Assembly: GCA_000830295.1 (NCBI GenBank)
Contig: CP010425.1
Location: forward strand, 736,001 to 800,000
Direction: 5' to 3'
Source: an archaeon GW2011_AR15
GTDB lineage: Archaea > Nanobdellota > Nanobdellia > Woesearchaeales > GW2011-AR15
DNA length: 64,000 nucleotides
A program made the translations under genes and the position numbers. Position 1 is the stretch's first letter. Every line of letters starts with the position of its first letter. This document shows, piece by piece, positions 10,066-19,406 of the stretch. Below the pieces are notes generated by a model that saw nothing but the letters and a program-made list of their open reading frames with translations, made no database searches and had not been told where the DNA came from.

Positions 10066-10827
10066 ATGCCAAAAAAGAATAAAAAAGAAGAAACAATAAC
10101 CATTACAAGATCAATGGTGTGGAAGGGAGCTGCAGGGATATTGGCCCTATTATTAATTATCTCAGTCTTGACAGGAGGATTTAAAATCGGGACTGGGAAA
10201 AGCCAGGATAATACCGCTCCTACTCCTCAGCCTACCCAGCCCACACAGCCAACGCAGCCCACAGAATACACAAGCAGCATAGATGACGACCCTTCAAAAG
10301 GGAGTACCTCTGCTAAGGTTGTGATAATAGAGTGGGGGGATTTCCAGTGCCCATACTGCAGCAGGTTTTACAGTGAGACACTGCCTTCAATACAGCAGAA
10401 CTATATCAGCACAGGGAAAATCCGGTTTGTTTACAGAGATTTTCCTCTGAGCAGCATACATCCTCAGGCAACACCTGCAGCAGAGGCAGCAGAATGCGCA
10501 GACGAACAGGGAATGTTCTGGGAATTCCATAACAAGCTGTTCGAAAATCAGGACTCATTAAGTGCTGATAACTACAAGGCATGGGCTGAAGAGCTCGGCA
10601 TGGACACATCACTGTTCAACAATTGTATTAACTCAAGAAAATACCAGGCAGAGGTCCAGAGCGACTTCAGCGCAGGCACAAGCGCAGGAGTTACAGGGAC
10701 GCCAGGATTCGTAGTGGGAGTTCTCCAGGATGACGGAAAGACTGTAATAGGCGGGTCTGTCAGGGGAGCAGTTCCTTACTCAACTTTCGCGGCAGTAATA
10801 GAAGCAGAACTTGCTAAAGTGAATTAA
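10066..10827 (+). CDS. DsbA/BdbD-family thiol-disulfide oxidoreductase
   Basis: N-terminal TM, PTQ linker repeats, DFQCPYC, RDFPL, GTPGF; AAGGAGGT RBS before ATG 10066. Confidence 0.9.
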   Translation: MPKKNKKEETITITRSMVWKGAAGILALLLIISVLTGGFKIGTGKSQDNTAPTPQPTQPTQPTQPTEYTSSIDDDPSKGSTSAKVVIIEWGDFQCPYCSRFYSETLPSIQQNYISTGKIRFVYRDFPLSSIHPQATPAAEAAECADEQGMFWEFHNKLFENQDSLSADNYKAWAEELGMDTSLFNNCINSRKYQAEVQSDFSAGTSAGVTGTPGFVVGVLQDDGKTVIGGSVRGAVPYSTFAAVIEAELAKVN

Positions 10828-10866
10828 TATTTTTTATTTTTTTAATATAAAAACAGGTCTTAAACC

Positions 10867-11340
10867 ATGGAGTATAAATTATTCCGGATTTTGAAAAAAA
10901 GAAAATATCTCAGTATCATGATAATCTCATCTGTTTTCATGATAATATTCTTTCCTGTAGCGCAGTCATTAGCTACAGGCGGTTTGCAGAACCTGGATTT
11001 ATGGTTCAGGGTAATACCGAAGGTCAATTTATTCTTATTGGGGGTATATTCTATTTTGTTTGGTGCTTTACTTTCATTGCAGATATACAATTTTAAATCC
11101 AAGGAATGCGATATAGAACAAAAAGTTGCAGGAGCATCTACTACAGGGGTTAGCGCGGTTATTGCTTCATTAGTTCCGGCATGCCCGGCTTGTTTATCAT
11201 GGGTATCACTGCTATTGCCGGCCAGCTTTGGGTTGACAGCAACAATTTTCATGATAAAATACAACGGATTAATCCTTTTAGGAAGCATTATTTTATTATT
11301 AGCTGCTATGTACCTGTTGGGTGGTTTTAAGAGAAAATGA
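10867..11340 (+). CDS. Membrane protein with intramembrane CPAC
   Basis: 4 hydrophobic segments, PACPAC. Confidence 0.7.
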   Translation: MEYKLFRILKKRKYLSIMIISSVFMIIFFPVAQSLATGGLQNLDLWFRVIPKVNLFLLGVYSILFGALLSLQIYNFKSKECDIEQKVAGASTTGVSAVIASLVPACPACLSWVSLLLPASFGLTATIFMIKYNGLILLGSIILLLAAMYLLGGFKRK

Positions 11341-11888
11341 GCAAAAAGAAATTTAATTGTGAATCCTGTGGGAAAGGATTTTCCACAGAGGGCGGCCTGA
11401 ATATGCATACAAAAGTTAAGCATCCAAGCAAGAAAGAAGAGGGATCACCAGCACTGACAGAAAAGCAGAGAAAAAAGATAAACTGGGTGATTTTCATTAT
11501 TGCGGCTGTTGGTATTGTTGGTTTTATATGGTTCAGTTCATCAAATGCAGAAGTGCTGCCTCCAATAGATATGCAGGGGCATATCGAAGTAAATCCGCCC
11601 TCACATATCATGAAAGAACCTATGCTTTTGACAGTCCAGAAACACATGCTGGAGCATGCAGATGGCTCCGGCCCGCCAGGAGTGATTATAAATTATAATT
11701 GCGATGATTATGAATGCGAGCCTGATTTGATAGAGAAACTTGAGGGTTTTGCTGTTGAATATTCTGAGAATGTCTATGTGGCCCCTTTTGAGAACATGGA
11801 TGCAAAGATAGCTCTTACCAGGCTTAGAAGAATACAGGTTTTGGAAGAATATGACTATGATGCGATAAAGAGTTTTATAGGCTCATAA
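11337..11888 (+). CDS. C2H2 zinc finger + TM + extracellular His-rich domain protein
   Basis: CESC..LNMHTKVKH, TM, GHIE, HMLEH, INYNC. Confidence 0.7.
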   Translation: MSKKKFNCESCGKGFSTEGGLNMHTKVKHPSKKEEGSPALTEKQRKKINWVIFIIAAVGIVGFIWFSSSNAEVLPPIDMQGHIEVNPPSHIMKEPMLLTVQKHMLEHADGSGPPGVIINYNCDDYECEPDLIEKLEGFAVEYSENVYVAPFENMDAKIALTRLRRIQVLEEYDYDAIKSFIGS

Positions 11889-11894
11889 ATAGAT

Positions 11895-12383
11895 TTATTT
11901 TATGACAACTATATTTGTCATTCCCCTTCTTTTTCTTTCTATAATGCCCCTGTTTTCCAGTTTATCCAATATCCTTGTTACTTTAACTTTCGACATGTCT
12001 AATTTTGCTCCTATTTTGCTTTGATATATCCCATTATCGCTGTTTTTTATAAGCTCAAATACTTCTCTTTCTTTCTTATTCAGACCTGATAAATCATACT
12101 CCTTTTTTGTTATTATTTTTTCTTCTTTTGAGAATAAAAGATATGCCCCAATCCCCCCCAATCCTGCTACCAGAATGCTGGCTAAAAGAGGGATTACACT
12201 TAAGTTATTGTCTTTATGATATGGGCACGAAGAAATTGAACAGCTGTCTGCCCCGTTCTCACCGCATGCTTCGGCGCAGGCCTGGAGCTGCTGATTATCA
12301 AACTGAATTTTGAAATAAATCATTAATAAGATTACAACAACACTTAATATTACTATGATCCTCCCTAATTGTTTTGGTTTCAT
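11895..12383 (-). CDS. Membrane-anchored winged-helix regulator (type B, Cys-rich loop)
   Basis: TM-CAEAC..CSISSCPYH-TM; wHTH with YQS..VTRILDKLE..RRGMTNIV. Confidence 0.8.
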   Translation of the reverse strand: MKPKQLGRIIVILSVVVILLMIYFKIQFDNQQLQACAEACGENGADSCSISSCPYHKDNNLSVIPLLASILVAGLGGIGAYLLFSKEEKIITKKEYDLSGLNKKEREVFELIKNSDNGIYQSKIGAKLDMSKVKVTRILDKLENRGIIERKRRGMTNIVVIK

Positions 12384-12480
12384 CGACTTTTAAAAGATTT
12401 TTCAACTATAAAAATTTAGCTATTAATCTGTTTTATAGAGAAAAAGACACCACACATTAGGGAATGGCTCGCTCTCTATA

Positions 12481-13083
12481 TCACGTTTCATCATGAGCAT
12501 GGCCGGTTCCTCCGCAGGCATCAGACAAATCCCAGACATCTGCTATTTGTTCTGCTGTAAAACCTTTTTCAGTAATAAGATATTTAGCAAGCCCCTCATA
12601 TGCATACCAGTGCCAGCATTTGCAACAGCAGGGGCCTCCTTCATGAGATAAGTCTACTGCGTGGTCATAAACTTCCTGCTGTTCAGCGTTTAAAATTATA
12701 TTTTTTTGATAATCTAGAAGCTCTTTCGCCAAAGACACGGAGACATCGTAAGGGTCAGGGGGTATTTTTTCAAAATCTGAATATTTTTTCAAAGCGTGAA
12801 CTTGTTCTGCATATCTATGGAATACCATCGCCCCGCAGCAAGATCCCTGAATTCTTTCCTGATCTGATTTTGAATCGATATAATTAAATGTTCCGCCGCA
12901 TGAATTTGTATGTGCACTGCTTAATAAGGCAAATTTTACTTCTAGAGCTGTCTGTTCATTAAGTGTTGCAGCAGAATTTATAGAACTGAAAATATAGGCA
13001 GTTGATAAAATTAATATAACTATTAGTACAAACAGGATATTTGATTTTTTAAAAGTTACTGTATTTTTCTCTTTCTCTTTCAT
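12481..13083 (-). CDS. Exported Cys-rich protein
   Basis: N-terminal TM; SCGG, GSCCG, PCCCKCWHW, DACGG. Confidence 0.75.
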   Translation of the reverse strand: MKEKEKNTVTFKKSNILFVLIVILILSTAYIFSSINSAATLNEQTALEVKFALLSSAHTNSCGGTFNYIDSKSDQERIQGSCCGAMVFHRYAEQVHALKKYSDFEKIPPDPYDVSVSLAKELLDYQKNIILNAEQQEVYDHAVDLSHEGGPCCCKCWHWYAYEGLAKYLITEKGFTAEQIADVWDLSDACGGTGHAHDET

Positions 13084-13127
13084 CTTATGTTTTTCCCATT
13101 ATAATCAATTCTATAATTAGTAGAGAC

Positions 13128-13164
13128 TGAAACACTTTATTAATATAACCTGAAATGGGTTTCA
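13128..13164 (-). promoter_or_regulatory. Promoter with TGAAAC/GTTTCA operator sites
   Basis: Minus strand TGAAAC-N2-ATTTCA-N17 (AT-rich, TATA-like)-GTTTCA. Confidence 0.55.
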
Positions 13165-13194
13165 CTATCCTCTGTTTACAAAAATTAAATCATA

Positions 13195-13689
13195 TTATGG
13201 CAGAGTTTGCAAATAATGCATCAAATCTCTCAGATCATTATCGTTCATGCCCCATCTTGGCATCGCAGGGCCAAGATAACTCCCGTCAGGATGCCTGCCG
13301 TAGACAACAGCGTTCCTGAATTCTTCAAGGCCATATCCTTCATGCGCATCATTGTGCTCATCAGCATGCTCTTCTTCCTGCCAGCTTTCCCCTGACAAAG
13401 CAGACCACCTGATATCGGGGACTGAGAGGGAGTCCATATGAAAATATACATTTCCTCCTCTCGCGTCTTCTCCATGGCAGGATACGCATGCAAGGTCTCT
13501 GCTTCCAGGCATCATACCCGGACCAAAACCCCCGTCATAATCTATTCTGCCTGAATTTTCAGAAGTGGCTGTAAAATAAATTCTTTCGCCATTGGAGGAA
13601 TATCCCCTGAAAGGCTGAACAAAAGTACTGCATGATGCAAACAGGAGCGAGGTTCCTGCTATAATCGAGACTAATGATTTTTTTTTCAT
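13195..13689 (-). CDS. Lipoprotein-like monoheme c-type cytochrome
   Basis: LFASC lipobox-like site, CVSCH heme motif, distal AMPRW Met, His/acidic insert. Confidence 0.8.
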   Translation of the reverse strand: MKKKSLVSIIAGTSLLFASCSTFVQPFRGYSSNGERIYFTATSENSGRIDYDGGFGPGMMPGSRDLACVSCHGEDARGGNVYFHMDSLSVPDIRWSALSGESWQEEEHADEHNDAHEGYGLEEFRNAVVYGRHPDGSYLGPAMPRWGMNDNDLRDLMHYLQTLP

Positions 13690-13701
13690 TTCCTTGATTT
13701 T

Positions 13702-14109
13702 CTAATTAGCTTCCCATTTAAATATCCTTTCTTCAACATCAGGAATACCGGTTATGATTATCATGTGCTCTCCTGGCTCTTCAGGGATTTCAAACCTTAA
13801 TGTTCCTGAATTATGGTGTCCTCCAAGTGATGGAGCGCTTACAGGATAATACTCGTCTTCTCCTATAACTAATTTAACCTGCTTCTTCAGATCAAACCCG
13901 CTCATATCAATAGTGTGTGTGTTTAAACTGATGTCAATCTCCAGTACGCCATTTTCAAATTGATGGGGCTCCAAATCAATAGTTACAGCGCTTTCACTTG
14001 TTTTTCCGGCAAAATTTTCTTTTTCCGGTGTTTCTTTGCCCGTGCCTGAGGTGCATGCGCTTATAATAAAAAGCATTATAACGCCGGCAATCAATAATTT
14101 TTTATCCAT
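13702..14109 (-). CDS. Putative copper-binding lipoprotein
   Basis: ISAC signal, NTHTIDM, GGHH. Confidence 0.7.
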   Translation of the reverse strand: MDKKLLIAGVIMLFIISACTSGTGKETPEKENFAGKTSESAVTIDLEPHQFENGVLEIDISLNTHTIDMSGFDLKKQVKLVIGEDEYYPVSAPSLGGHHNSGTLRFEIPEEPGEHMIIITGIPDVEERIFKWEAN

Positions 14110-14112
14110 TTT

Positions 14113-14679
14113 TTATCCTCCTATAATTGCAGAATATAAAGACAGGCCAAATATTGCCAGACTTAATATCACAACATATTTCTGGATAATTCTTATATCC
14201 AGTTTCATCATTTCCCCCAGAATACCTTTCCAGGAGTTATGGAGAGAATTTTTTTGTATTGTATTGAGCATGATAGTTATTCCGATTAAATTCGAAAGCA
14301 CCCCCAACAGGATAAAAGAAGTCTGATACTTAACTAGTACCGTTGATAAAAAAGCAAGGCCGATTAATGGGAGTATATCGGTCAAGTGATGCGCGCAGCA
14401 TGCTACCATGGAGGCAGTGGATACTCCGCCTGAAGCAGCTACAGAAGCTGTTGCTGCAGCATTTATTGCTTTGAAAGATTCTTTTACATAAACATAGAGA
14501 CCAATCTGTATGCCGAATCCAAGAATTAAAGGCAGCATTAAGTACCATAGTCTAAGAAATTCTGATAGAGCATGGGATAGTGAGTTTAACAGGCTAAGCA
14601 GCAGAAGATATATTGAAAAAAGGAATATACTTCCAAGCAACCCAAACAATACAGATTTTTCGGTTATATTTTTATTCAT
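14113..14679 (-). CDS. Membrane protein with MVACCAHH motif
   Basis: Multiple TM helices; CCAHH metal-ligand cluster. Confidence 0.75.
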   Translation of the reverse strand: MNKNITEKSVLFGLLGSIFLFSIYLLLLSLLNSLSHALSEFLRLWYLMLPLILGFGIQIGLYVYVKESFKAINAAATASVAASGGVSTASMVACCAHHLTDILPLIGLAFLSTVLVKYQTSFILLGVLSNLIGITIMLNTIQKNSLHNSWKGILGEMMKLDIRIIQKYVVILSLAIFGLSLYSAIIGG

Positions 14680-14709
14680 CTTAAAAAAGCCATCTTTGTT
14701 GTTTAATTC

Positions 14710-15099
14710 TTATCTTGCATTGTCAACAATCTCTATAATGTCTTTTTCGGCCTCTTCAGCTTCTTCTTTGGCGATCTCTGGAAAGAACTCTGAAATCATT
14801 GTTGGCTTCATTCCAATAATCTTTATTTTTCCATTCTCTTCCAGAACATTTATTTTGCATGGCATGCATAAAGAAATTAGCCTGTTCCTGTTCAGAAAAG
14901 TATCTGCGTGCTTTCCAGAACAAATCTCAATGATCTTCAATGCGTTGTGCTTAAATCCTTTTGCTGCCAGCCTCTCTTGTATATCATAGACCTGAAACAA
15001 TGCCCAGCCTTTTTTCTCAACAGCTTTCAAAACTGAAACAACTGCACTATCGAAACTTTTTTCTGTCTCTACAACATATGCGAAATCTTCAACATTCAT
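14710..15099 (-). CDS. DUF302-family protein
   Basis: IEIC..A, LCMPCKINV; start reassigned to MNVEDF after GGAGG. Confidence 0.8.
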   Translation of the reverse strand: MNVEDFAYVVETEKSFDSAVVSVLKAVEKKGWALFQVYDIQERLAAKGFKHNALKIIEICSGKHADTFLNRNRLISLCMPCKINVLEENGKIKIIGMKPTMISEFFPEIAKEEAEEAEKDIIEIVDNAR

Positions 15100-15566
15100 T
15101 TTTTGCGCCTCCTGTTTTTTGTATTTTTCCATAGTCTTATAATCCAGAAATAAACCAGGATTATTAATCCTGCCAATAAGATTATATAAAATATAGTGAT
15201 AATCCCCCAGGATGCATACCCGAAATTCCCCATCATACCCTGCATCATGTTGCCGCCCATCATTCCAAAGCCTGAACTTTCTTTGCAATAAAAATTCTTT
15301 CCCATGTTTATGTGCACTATTCTCAAGGATTCAGAGCCTTCGCCGCCCATCATCTCATCCATCCTTTCATGTGCCTCTCCTGGATGCATCTGCTCCATAT
15401 AATAGTCCCCAAGAAACTCAAACTGAGTATCATTCAGGTCTTCACATGGAGTCTGGCTTTCAATTATCTCCAGCGCCACTGAAAAATCATCATGCCCGTC
15501 GCCATAGGAATAGCTTATTGGGATAAGTGTTAAAATCATAATCAGAATTATAGTTATTTTTTTCAT
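15096..15566 (-). CDS. His/Met-rich exported protein with C-terminal TM anchor
   Basis: MEQMHPGEAHERMDEMMGG, GMMGG repeats. Confidence 0.75.
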   Translation of the reverse strand: MKKITIILIMILTLIPISYSYGDGHDDFSVALEIIESQTPCEDLNDTQFEFLGDYYMEQMHPGEAHERMDEMMGGEGSESLRIVHINMGKNFYCKESSGFGMMGGNMMQGMMGNFGYASWGIITIFYIILLAGLIILVYFWIIRLWKNTKNRRRKK

Positions 15567-15932
15567 CTAGTTCACCTCAAACCCATATCCTTTTGCTCTC
15601 CAGGCATTTGTTCCGCCAACAAGATTGTAGACATTTTTGTATCCCATATCTATTAACTCCTGAGATGCCTCTGTGCTCATGCTCCCGCTCCTGCAATAGA
15701 CAGCAATAGGAACAGATTTGTCATCAGGCAGCTCTGCTTTGTCTATCTCATTATAGGGAAGGAAAGCATCTGTTCCTTTTATATGCTGTTGTTTTGGGAT
15801 ATGGACATCTATGAGGAAAACGTCCTCATTTTCCAGAAGCTCTTTGAATTCCTCGGCCCCGAGATTGTTTATGTTTCCCTTAGTTGTGCAGGCAGCAATA
15901 AATATCAAAAAAATAAAAAGTAATCTTTTCAT
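15567..15932 (-). CDS. Rhodanese-domain lipoprotein-like protein
   Basis: IDVH, HIKG, YCRSGSMS, NLVGG..AW. Confidence 0.85.
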   Translation of the reverse strand: MKRLLFIFLIFIAACTTKGNINNLGAEEFKELLENEDVFLIDVHIPKQQHIKGTDAFLPYNEIDKAELPDDKSVPIAVYCRSGSMSTEASQELIDMGYKNVYNLVGGTNAWRAKGYGFEVN

Positions 15933-16135
15933 CAGCAACCACCCACCATTTGGGGAAGATTATTCAGGTTGCCTGGCACATTTACCCCGCTTGCGCTGTT
16001 TCCTAATTTTGTAGTATCAGGACTTATCCCTTCACTTACAATTCTTTTTTCCAGTGAATTCAGCTGAACTGCCTGTGCAGCAGAGAAAATCACTAAAACA
16101 ACCAATACAATTGTAATTATCATGTTTTTTTCCAT
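15932..16135 (-). CDS. Small membrane-anchored protein ending LPQMVGGC
   Basis: GGAGGT RBS, single TM, shared C-terminal motif. Confidence 0.75.
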   Translation of the reverse strand: MEKNMIITIVLVVLVIFSAAQAVQLNSLEKRIVSEGISPDTTKLGNSASGVNVPGNLNNLPQMVGGC

Positions 16136-16146
16136 TTTTACCTCCT

Positions 16147-16830
16147 TTAACATCCCCCGACCATGCCAGGCAGATTTTCAAGCGCAGATGTATCCCCGCC
16201 GGCAACAGTCACTGCAAGATTCACCATATCTTTAGGGAAGAACAGGGTTTTCCACCTTAGAGCTTCTCTTAAGATCTCAGCATCATTGTAGTCAGTATTT
16301 TTTATCAGCCATTTTGTCAATCCAAGCAGAGCCGGATTATGCTGACAGCCGCAGATTGTCTTGCCGTTCCTGTCCACGCCTATTGCCTGCACTCCGCAGC
16401 AGAACTCGCATGAGATACCAATGGGCTTTGTGACAAGGTTGACATACCGCTCATTCTCTTCTTTTGTGAGTTCAAGATTGTACAGCTTAAGAAGCACTGA
16501 TAATCCTCTAGTTGGATCGTCGTAATTGACACCAAGCTCCTGTCCGTATTCCGGCATTCCTGTCGGAACCATCACATCTACAGCATCCTGAGCTGTCTTG
16601 ATTGATTCAACCTCAAACACAGCAGCAACAGCATGTCCTGTTGATTTTATAGAACTGAAATCAACATTACTGAGTTTCTTTCCCTCTTTGTGCATATTTG
16701 GCATTGCTATTGCCCTTATCCTGAGCAGCGTGTACTGGTTAAAAACCATAAGCAGCACAACAAGAACAAGAAGCGCAATGTTTACTATGCTTAACTTATC
16801 TTTTAATTTCATTTTTCTATTTTTTTTCAT
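16147..16830 (-). CDS. Exported Cys-rich protein ending LPGMVGGC
   Basis: TM, CEFCCG, CGCQH. Confidence 0.75.
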   Translation of the reverse strand: MKKNRKMKLKDKLSIVNIALLVLVVLLMVFNQYTLLRIRAIAMPNMHKEGKKLSNVDFSSIKSTGHAVAAVFEVESIKTAQDAVDVMVPTGMPEYGQELGVNYDDPTRGLSVLLKLYNLELTKEENERYVNLVTKPIGISCEFCCGVQAIGVDRNGKTICGCQHNPALLGLTKWLIKNTDYNDAEILREALRWKTLFFPKDMVNLAVTVAGGDTSALENLPGMVGGC

Positions 16831-16834
16831 TTTG

Positions 16835-17266
16835 TCACCATTTTTTGCAGCATTCTATCAGCCTGCTGACGAATTTTTTCATGTTTTTTCCTGACCTGTA
16901 GAGATAGATCAATATGAAAACAGCCCAGACTGCGGATACAAGAATAACAACACGGATTATATCATTGGATACGCTTATCAATGATATGCCAGCAGTTGTC
17001 AGCGTCAATAAGAAAGGCAGCCTGAATATCTTGAGCTCTTCTTTTACTTTTGAATCTACAAGGTAATAGATGCCTACTACTGACTGCCCCATGAGCATAG
17101 CAACAATAAGAGGATTATCAAACATATTCAGCTTATATAATACTAAGAGAGAGATCCATGTTAAGCTGATGGCCCCGCATATAACGCATATATCAAAAAA
17201 CCTTTTTACAATAAGGAGGATAAAAAACAGCGTGATTATGCCTGCTATTGGAATCAGGATTTCCAT
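16835..17266 (-). CDS. Membrane protein with CVIC and C-terminal CC
   Basis: 5 hydrophobic segments; ICVICG; IECCKKW. Confidence 0.7.
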   Translation of the reverse strand: MEILIPIAGIITLFFILLIVKRFFDICVICGAISLTWISLLVLYKLNMFDNPLIVAMLMGQSVVGIYYLVDSKVKEELKIFRLPFLLTLTTAGISLISVSNDIIRVVILVSAVWAVFILIYLYRSGKNMKKFVSRLIECCKKW

Positions 17267-17267
17267 C

Positions 17268-17786
17268 TTATACCACCACATTGATTATTAGACCTGAGAG
17301 TATAAGCAGGACAAAGGTCATTATCATCCCTTGGAAGGGAATTGTTTTCTTTCTGGCTTCTGTTATTTTTCTGCTTAGGTAAGGTGTAACAGAAACAATG
17401 GCTGCTCCTATAAGGCTTCCCAGCAGGAACAGGTTAATCACATATGTCCTGTTTAGCAGAGAGCCGTAATTTCCTGCAATGAAAACAAAAACCGGGAGAG
17501 GGGCTTCCATTATATTCAGCATGGGCAGCACAGTCGTAATATAAGACAATAATATAAGCACAGCTCTCTGGTATTTTACATATTGCCTCTTAATCAGGTT
17601 GGAGAACCACCAGCCCATGGATACTGCAAAAGCCCCTATGAAGAGTCCTATTACTCCCTGGTTGACACCCAGCCACGCTGCACCGCCTGCAGCAGCTGCA
17701 GCCCCGATAGTACATAAAGGGCAATGGGCTCTGGCCTGTTGTACCATCAGGATGAATGCAGCCGGAAGGAGGATTTTTTGTTTCAT
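17268..17786 (-). CDS. Membrane protein with N-terminal AHCPLC motif
   Basis: Signal-like N-terminus, HCPLC, 4-5 TM. Confidence 0.7.
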   Translation of the reverse strand: MKQKILLPAAFILMVQQARAHCPLCTIGAAAAAGGAAWLGVNQGVIGLFIGAFAVSMGWWFSNLIKRQYVKYQRAVLILLSYITTVLPMLNIMEAPLPVFVFIAGNYGSLLNRTYVINLFLLGSLIGAAIVSVTPYLSRKITEARKKTIPFQGMIMTFVLLILSGLIINVVV

Positions 17787-17787
17787 T

Positions 17788-18228
17788 TTATATTGTCATG
17801 AATACCGAAGCCTGGCCGTCTTTTATGGCATATATTGTCCAGATGGTATTTTTTGGACCAGGCATTCCGGGTGAGCCGGAAGGCATTCCAGGCAATGCAA
17901 TCCCGTCAATATCAGGCCTTTCGGCAAGAAGCTTTTCCACAGCCTCTGCAGGAACATGGCCTTCAACGAAATAGCCTTCTACAAAAGCAGTATGACAGCT
18001 GTACATGTTTCCGGGTATCCCATTTTCTGCCTTTATGGAATTTATATCGGCATTTTCAATTATCTTAATATTGTAATCATCGGCAATATAACCTGCCCAG
18101 CCTGTGCAGCATCCGCATGTTGGAGATTTATAGATAATCATCTCCGGCTTATTGGCATTGCTAGAAGTGCATGCCGCTACTATAATGCTTAACAGCAATA
18201 TTACTACGATGAATATTTTTTGTTTCAT
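17788..18228 (-). CDS. DUF411 (CopG-like) copper-resistance protein
   Basis: KSPTCGCC, SCHT, EGHVP, PGMPSGSPGM. Confidence 0.9.
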   Translation of the reverse strand: MKQKIFIVVILLLSIIVAACTSSNANKPEMIIYKSPTCGCCTGWAGYIADDYNIKIIENADINSIKAENGIPGNMYSCHTAFVEGYFVEGHVPAEAVEKLLAERPDIDGIALPGMPSGSPGMPGPKNTIWTIYAIKDGQASVFMTI

Positions 18229-18265
18229 TCTTTTACCTCTCAGTTAATTTTAGTGCTGGAGAACA

Positions 18266-18304
18266 TGAAACAGCATATATCAGTACTGATGAAACTAGTT
18301 TCAT
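18266..18304 (-). promoter_or_regulatory. Operator/promoter of the DUF411 operon
   Basis: Perfect palindrome ATGAAACTAGTTTCAT (18289-18304) plus a further half-site at 18266-18271. Confidence 0.6.
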
Positions 18305-18777
18305 TTAAGAATAACTATATTTGTCATGCCCCTTCTCTGACGACCAATTATATCCTTTGAGGCCATCCTGTCGAGAACTCTTGTGGTCTGCACTTTTGAG
18401 AGCCCGGTCTCCTTTACAACATCACTCTGGTAGAGAGAACCATTGTTTTGTTTTAATAATTCATAAATCTGTCTTTCTTTTTCATCAAGCTTTGAGGTGT
18501 CTATCTTCTTAAACTCTTTTTCTCTATCTTTTTGGAATAGGAGATATATTCCGGCGCCCACCATCAGAAATACAATCCCAAATGAGAGGCTTAGCAGCCA
18601 TGAGCTTATGCTTTTATGCGCAGGACAGTCTGCCATCTCAAGAGCCGGGTCTGCGCCGATTTCCTCGCAGAGAAAAACATCTTTTTTGTCTGTATCAATT
18701 TTCACTAATACCAGTATGATAAATAATAGGAGCGATATGCCAATGATTATTTTTCCCAAATCTCTCTGAGATATCAT
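18301..18777 (-). CDS. Membrane-anchored winged-helix regulator (type B)
   Basis: TM-C..MADCPAH-TM; YQSD..RVLDRM..RRGMTNIV; paralog of 11895. Confidence 0.8.
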   Translation of the reverse strand: MISQRDLGKIIIGISLLLFIILVLVKIDTDKKDVFLCEEIGADPALEMADCPAHKSISSWLLSLSFGIVFLMVGAGIYLLFQKDREKEFKKIDTSKLDEKERQIYELLKQNNGSLYQSDVVKETGLSKVQTTRVLDRMASKDIIGRQRRGMTNIVILK

Positions 18778-18856
18778 ACTTGGCTAGAAGAACACTAGGA
18801 TTATTTAAACGTTTTCATTGAATTTTGAATAATGTATTGAAATCGCAATAAGTGGA

Positions 18857-19345
18857 TTATGGGATTAATATTTTTAAAATATTCTCTTTTAATTTTACAC
18901 TCCTGACTTTTCCAATAGCTGTTTTCTCAATTATATTTTTGTTCTCCATCCTCTGCAACGCTCTGTAGGTCCTGACCTTGTTCATCCCGGGCAGTTTGGA
19001 TATTTCTGCCTGTGTCGCGGAGCCCTTATTTTCAATAAGAAAATCAATGATTATCCTTTCTTCTCTGCTTAGGAAACCCATTAAAATATTTGTTACATCC
19101 TCTGTATCCCTTTTTTGTTTTTTAAACTCATCATAGTATAAATTTGACCAGAAAAAGCCAAAAGAAACCGAAATGAGGGTAAGGAGTATCATGATTGGAA
19201 CATGGTTCTTAACTGCTATTGATAACAGAGGATTATCAGATTCATGATGCTGGTAAGTGTAAGTCAGTATTGCTATCACCAGAACTACAATTATTAGCAA
19301 AGTTGAAATCCCAAACCCGATATTCCTGTATCTTTTTATGTCCAC
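18857..19345 (-). CDS. Membrane-anchored winged-helix regulator (type A)
   Basis: TM-HH..NPL..NH-TM; TQAEISKLPGMNKV; paralog of 9376. Confidence 0.8.
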   Translation of the reverse strand: MDIKRYRNIGFGISTLLIIVVLVIAILTYTYQHHESDNPLLSIAVKNHVPIMILLTLISVSFGFFWSNLYYDEFKKQKRDTEDVTNILMGFLSREERIIIDFLIENKGSATQAEISKLPGMNKVRTYRALQRMENKNIIEKTAIGKVRSVKLKENILKILIP

Positions 19346-19406
19346 CAGTGTGATTAATTATCCTCCATTTATTAAATCATCGCTTGGAATAACCTGTCTT
19401 TCCGTG

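Noticed and set aside
10215-10265. Short tandem repeat in dsbA
   Set aside because: Encodes an ordinary PTQ linker.
15932-15934. Selenocysteine read-through at GGC-TGA
   Set aside because: The paralogous tail ends in TAA, the TGA overlaps the next start codon, and no SECIS-like element was recognised.
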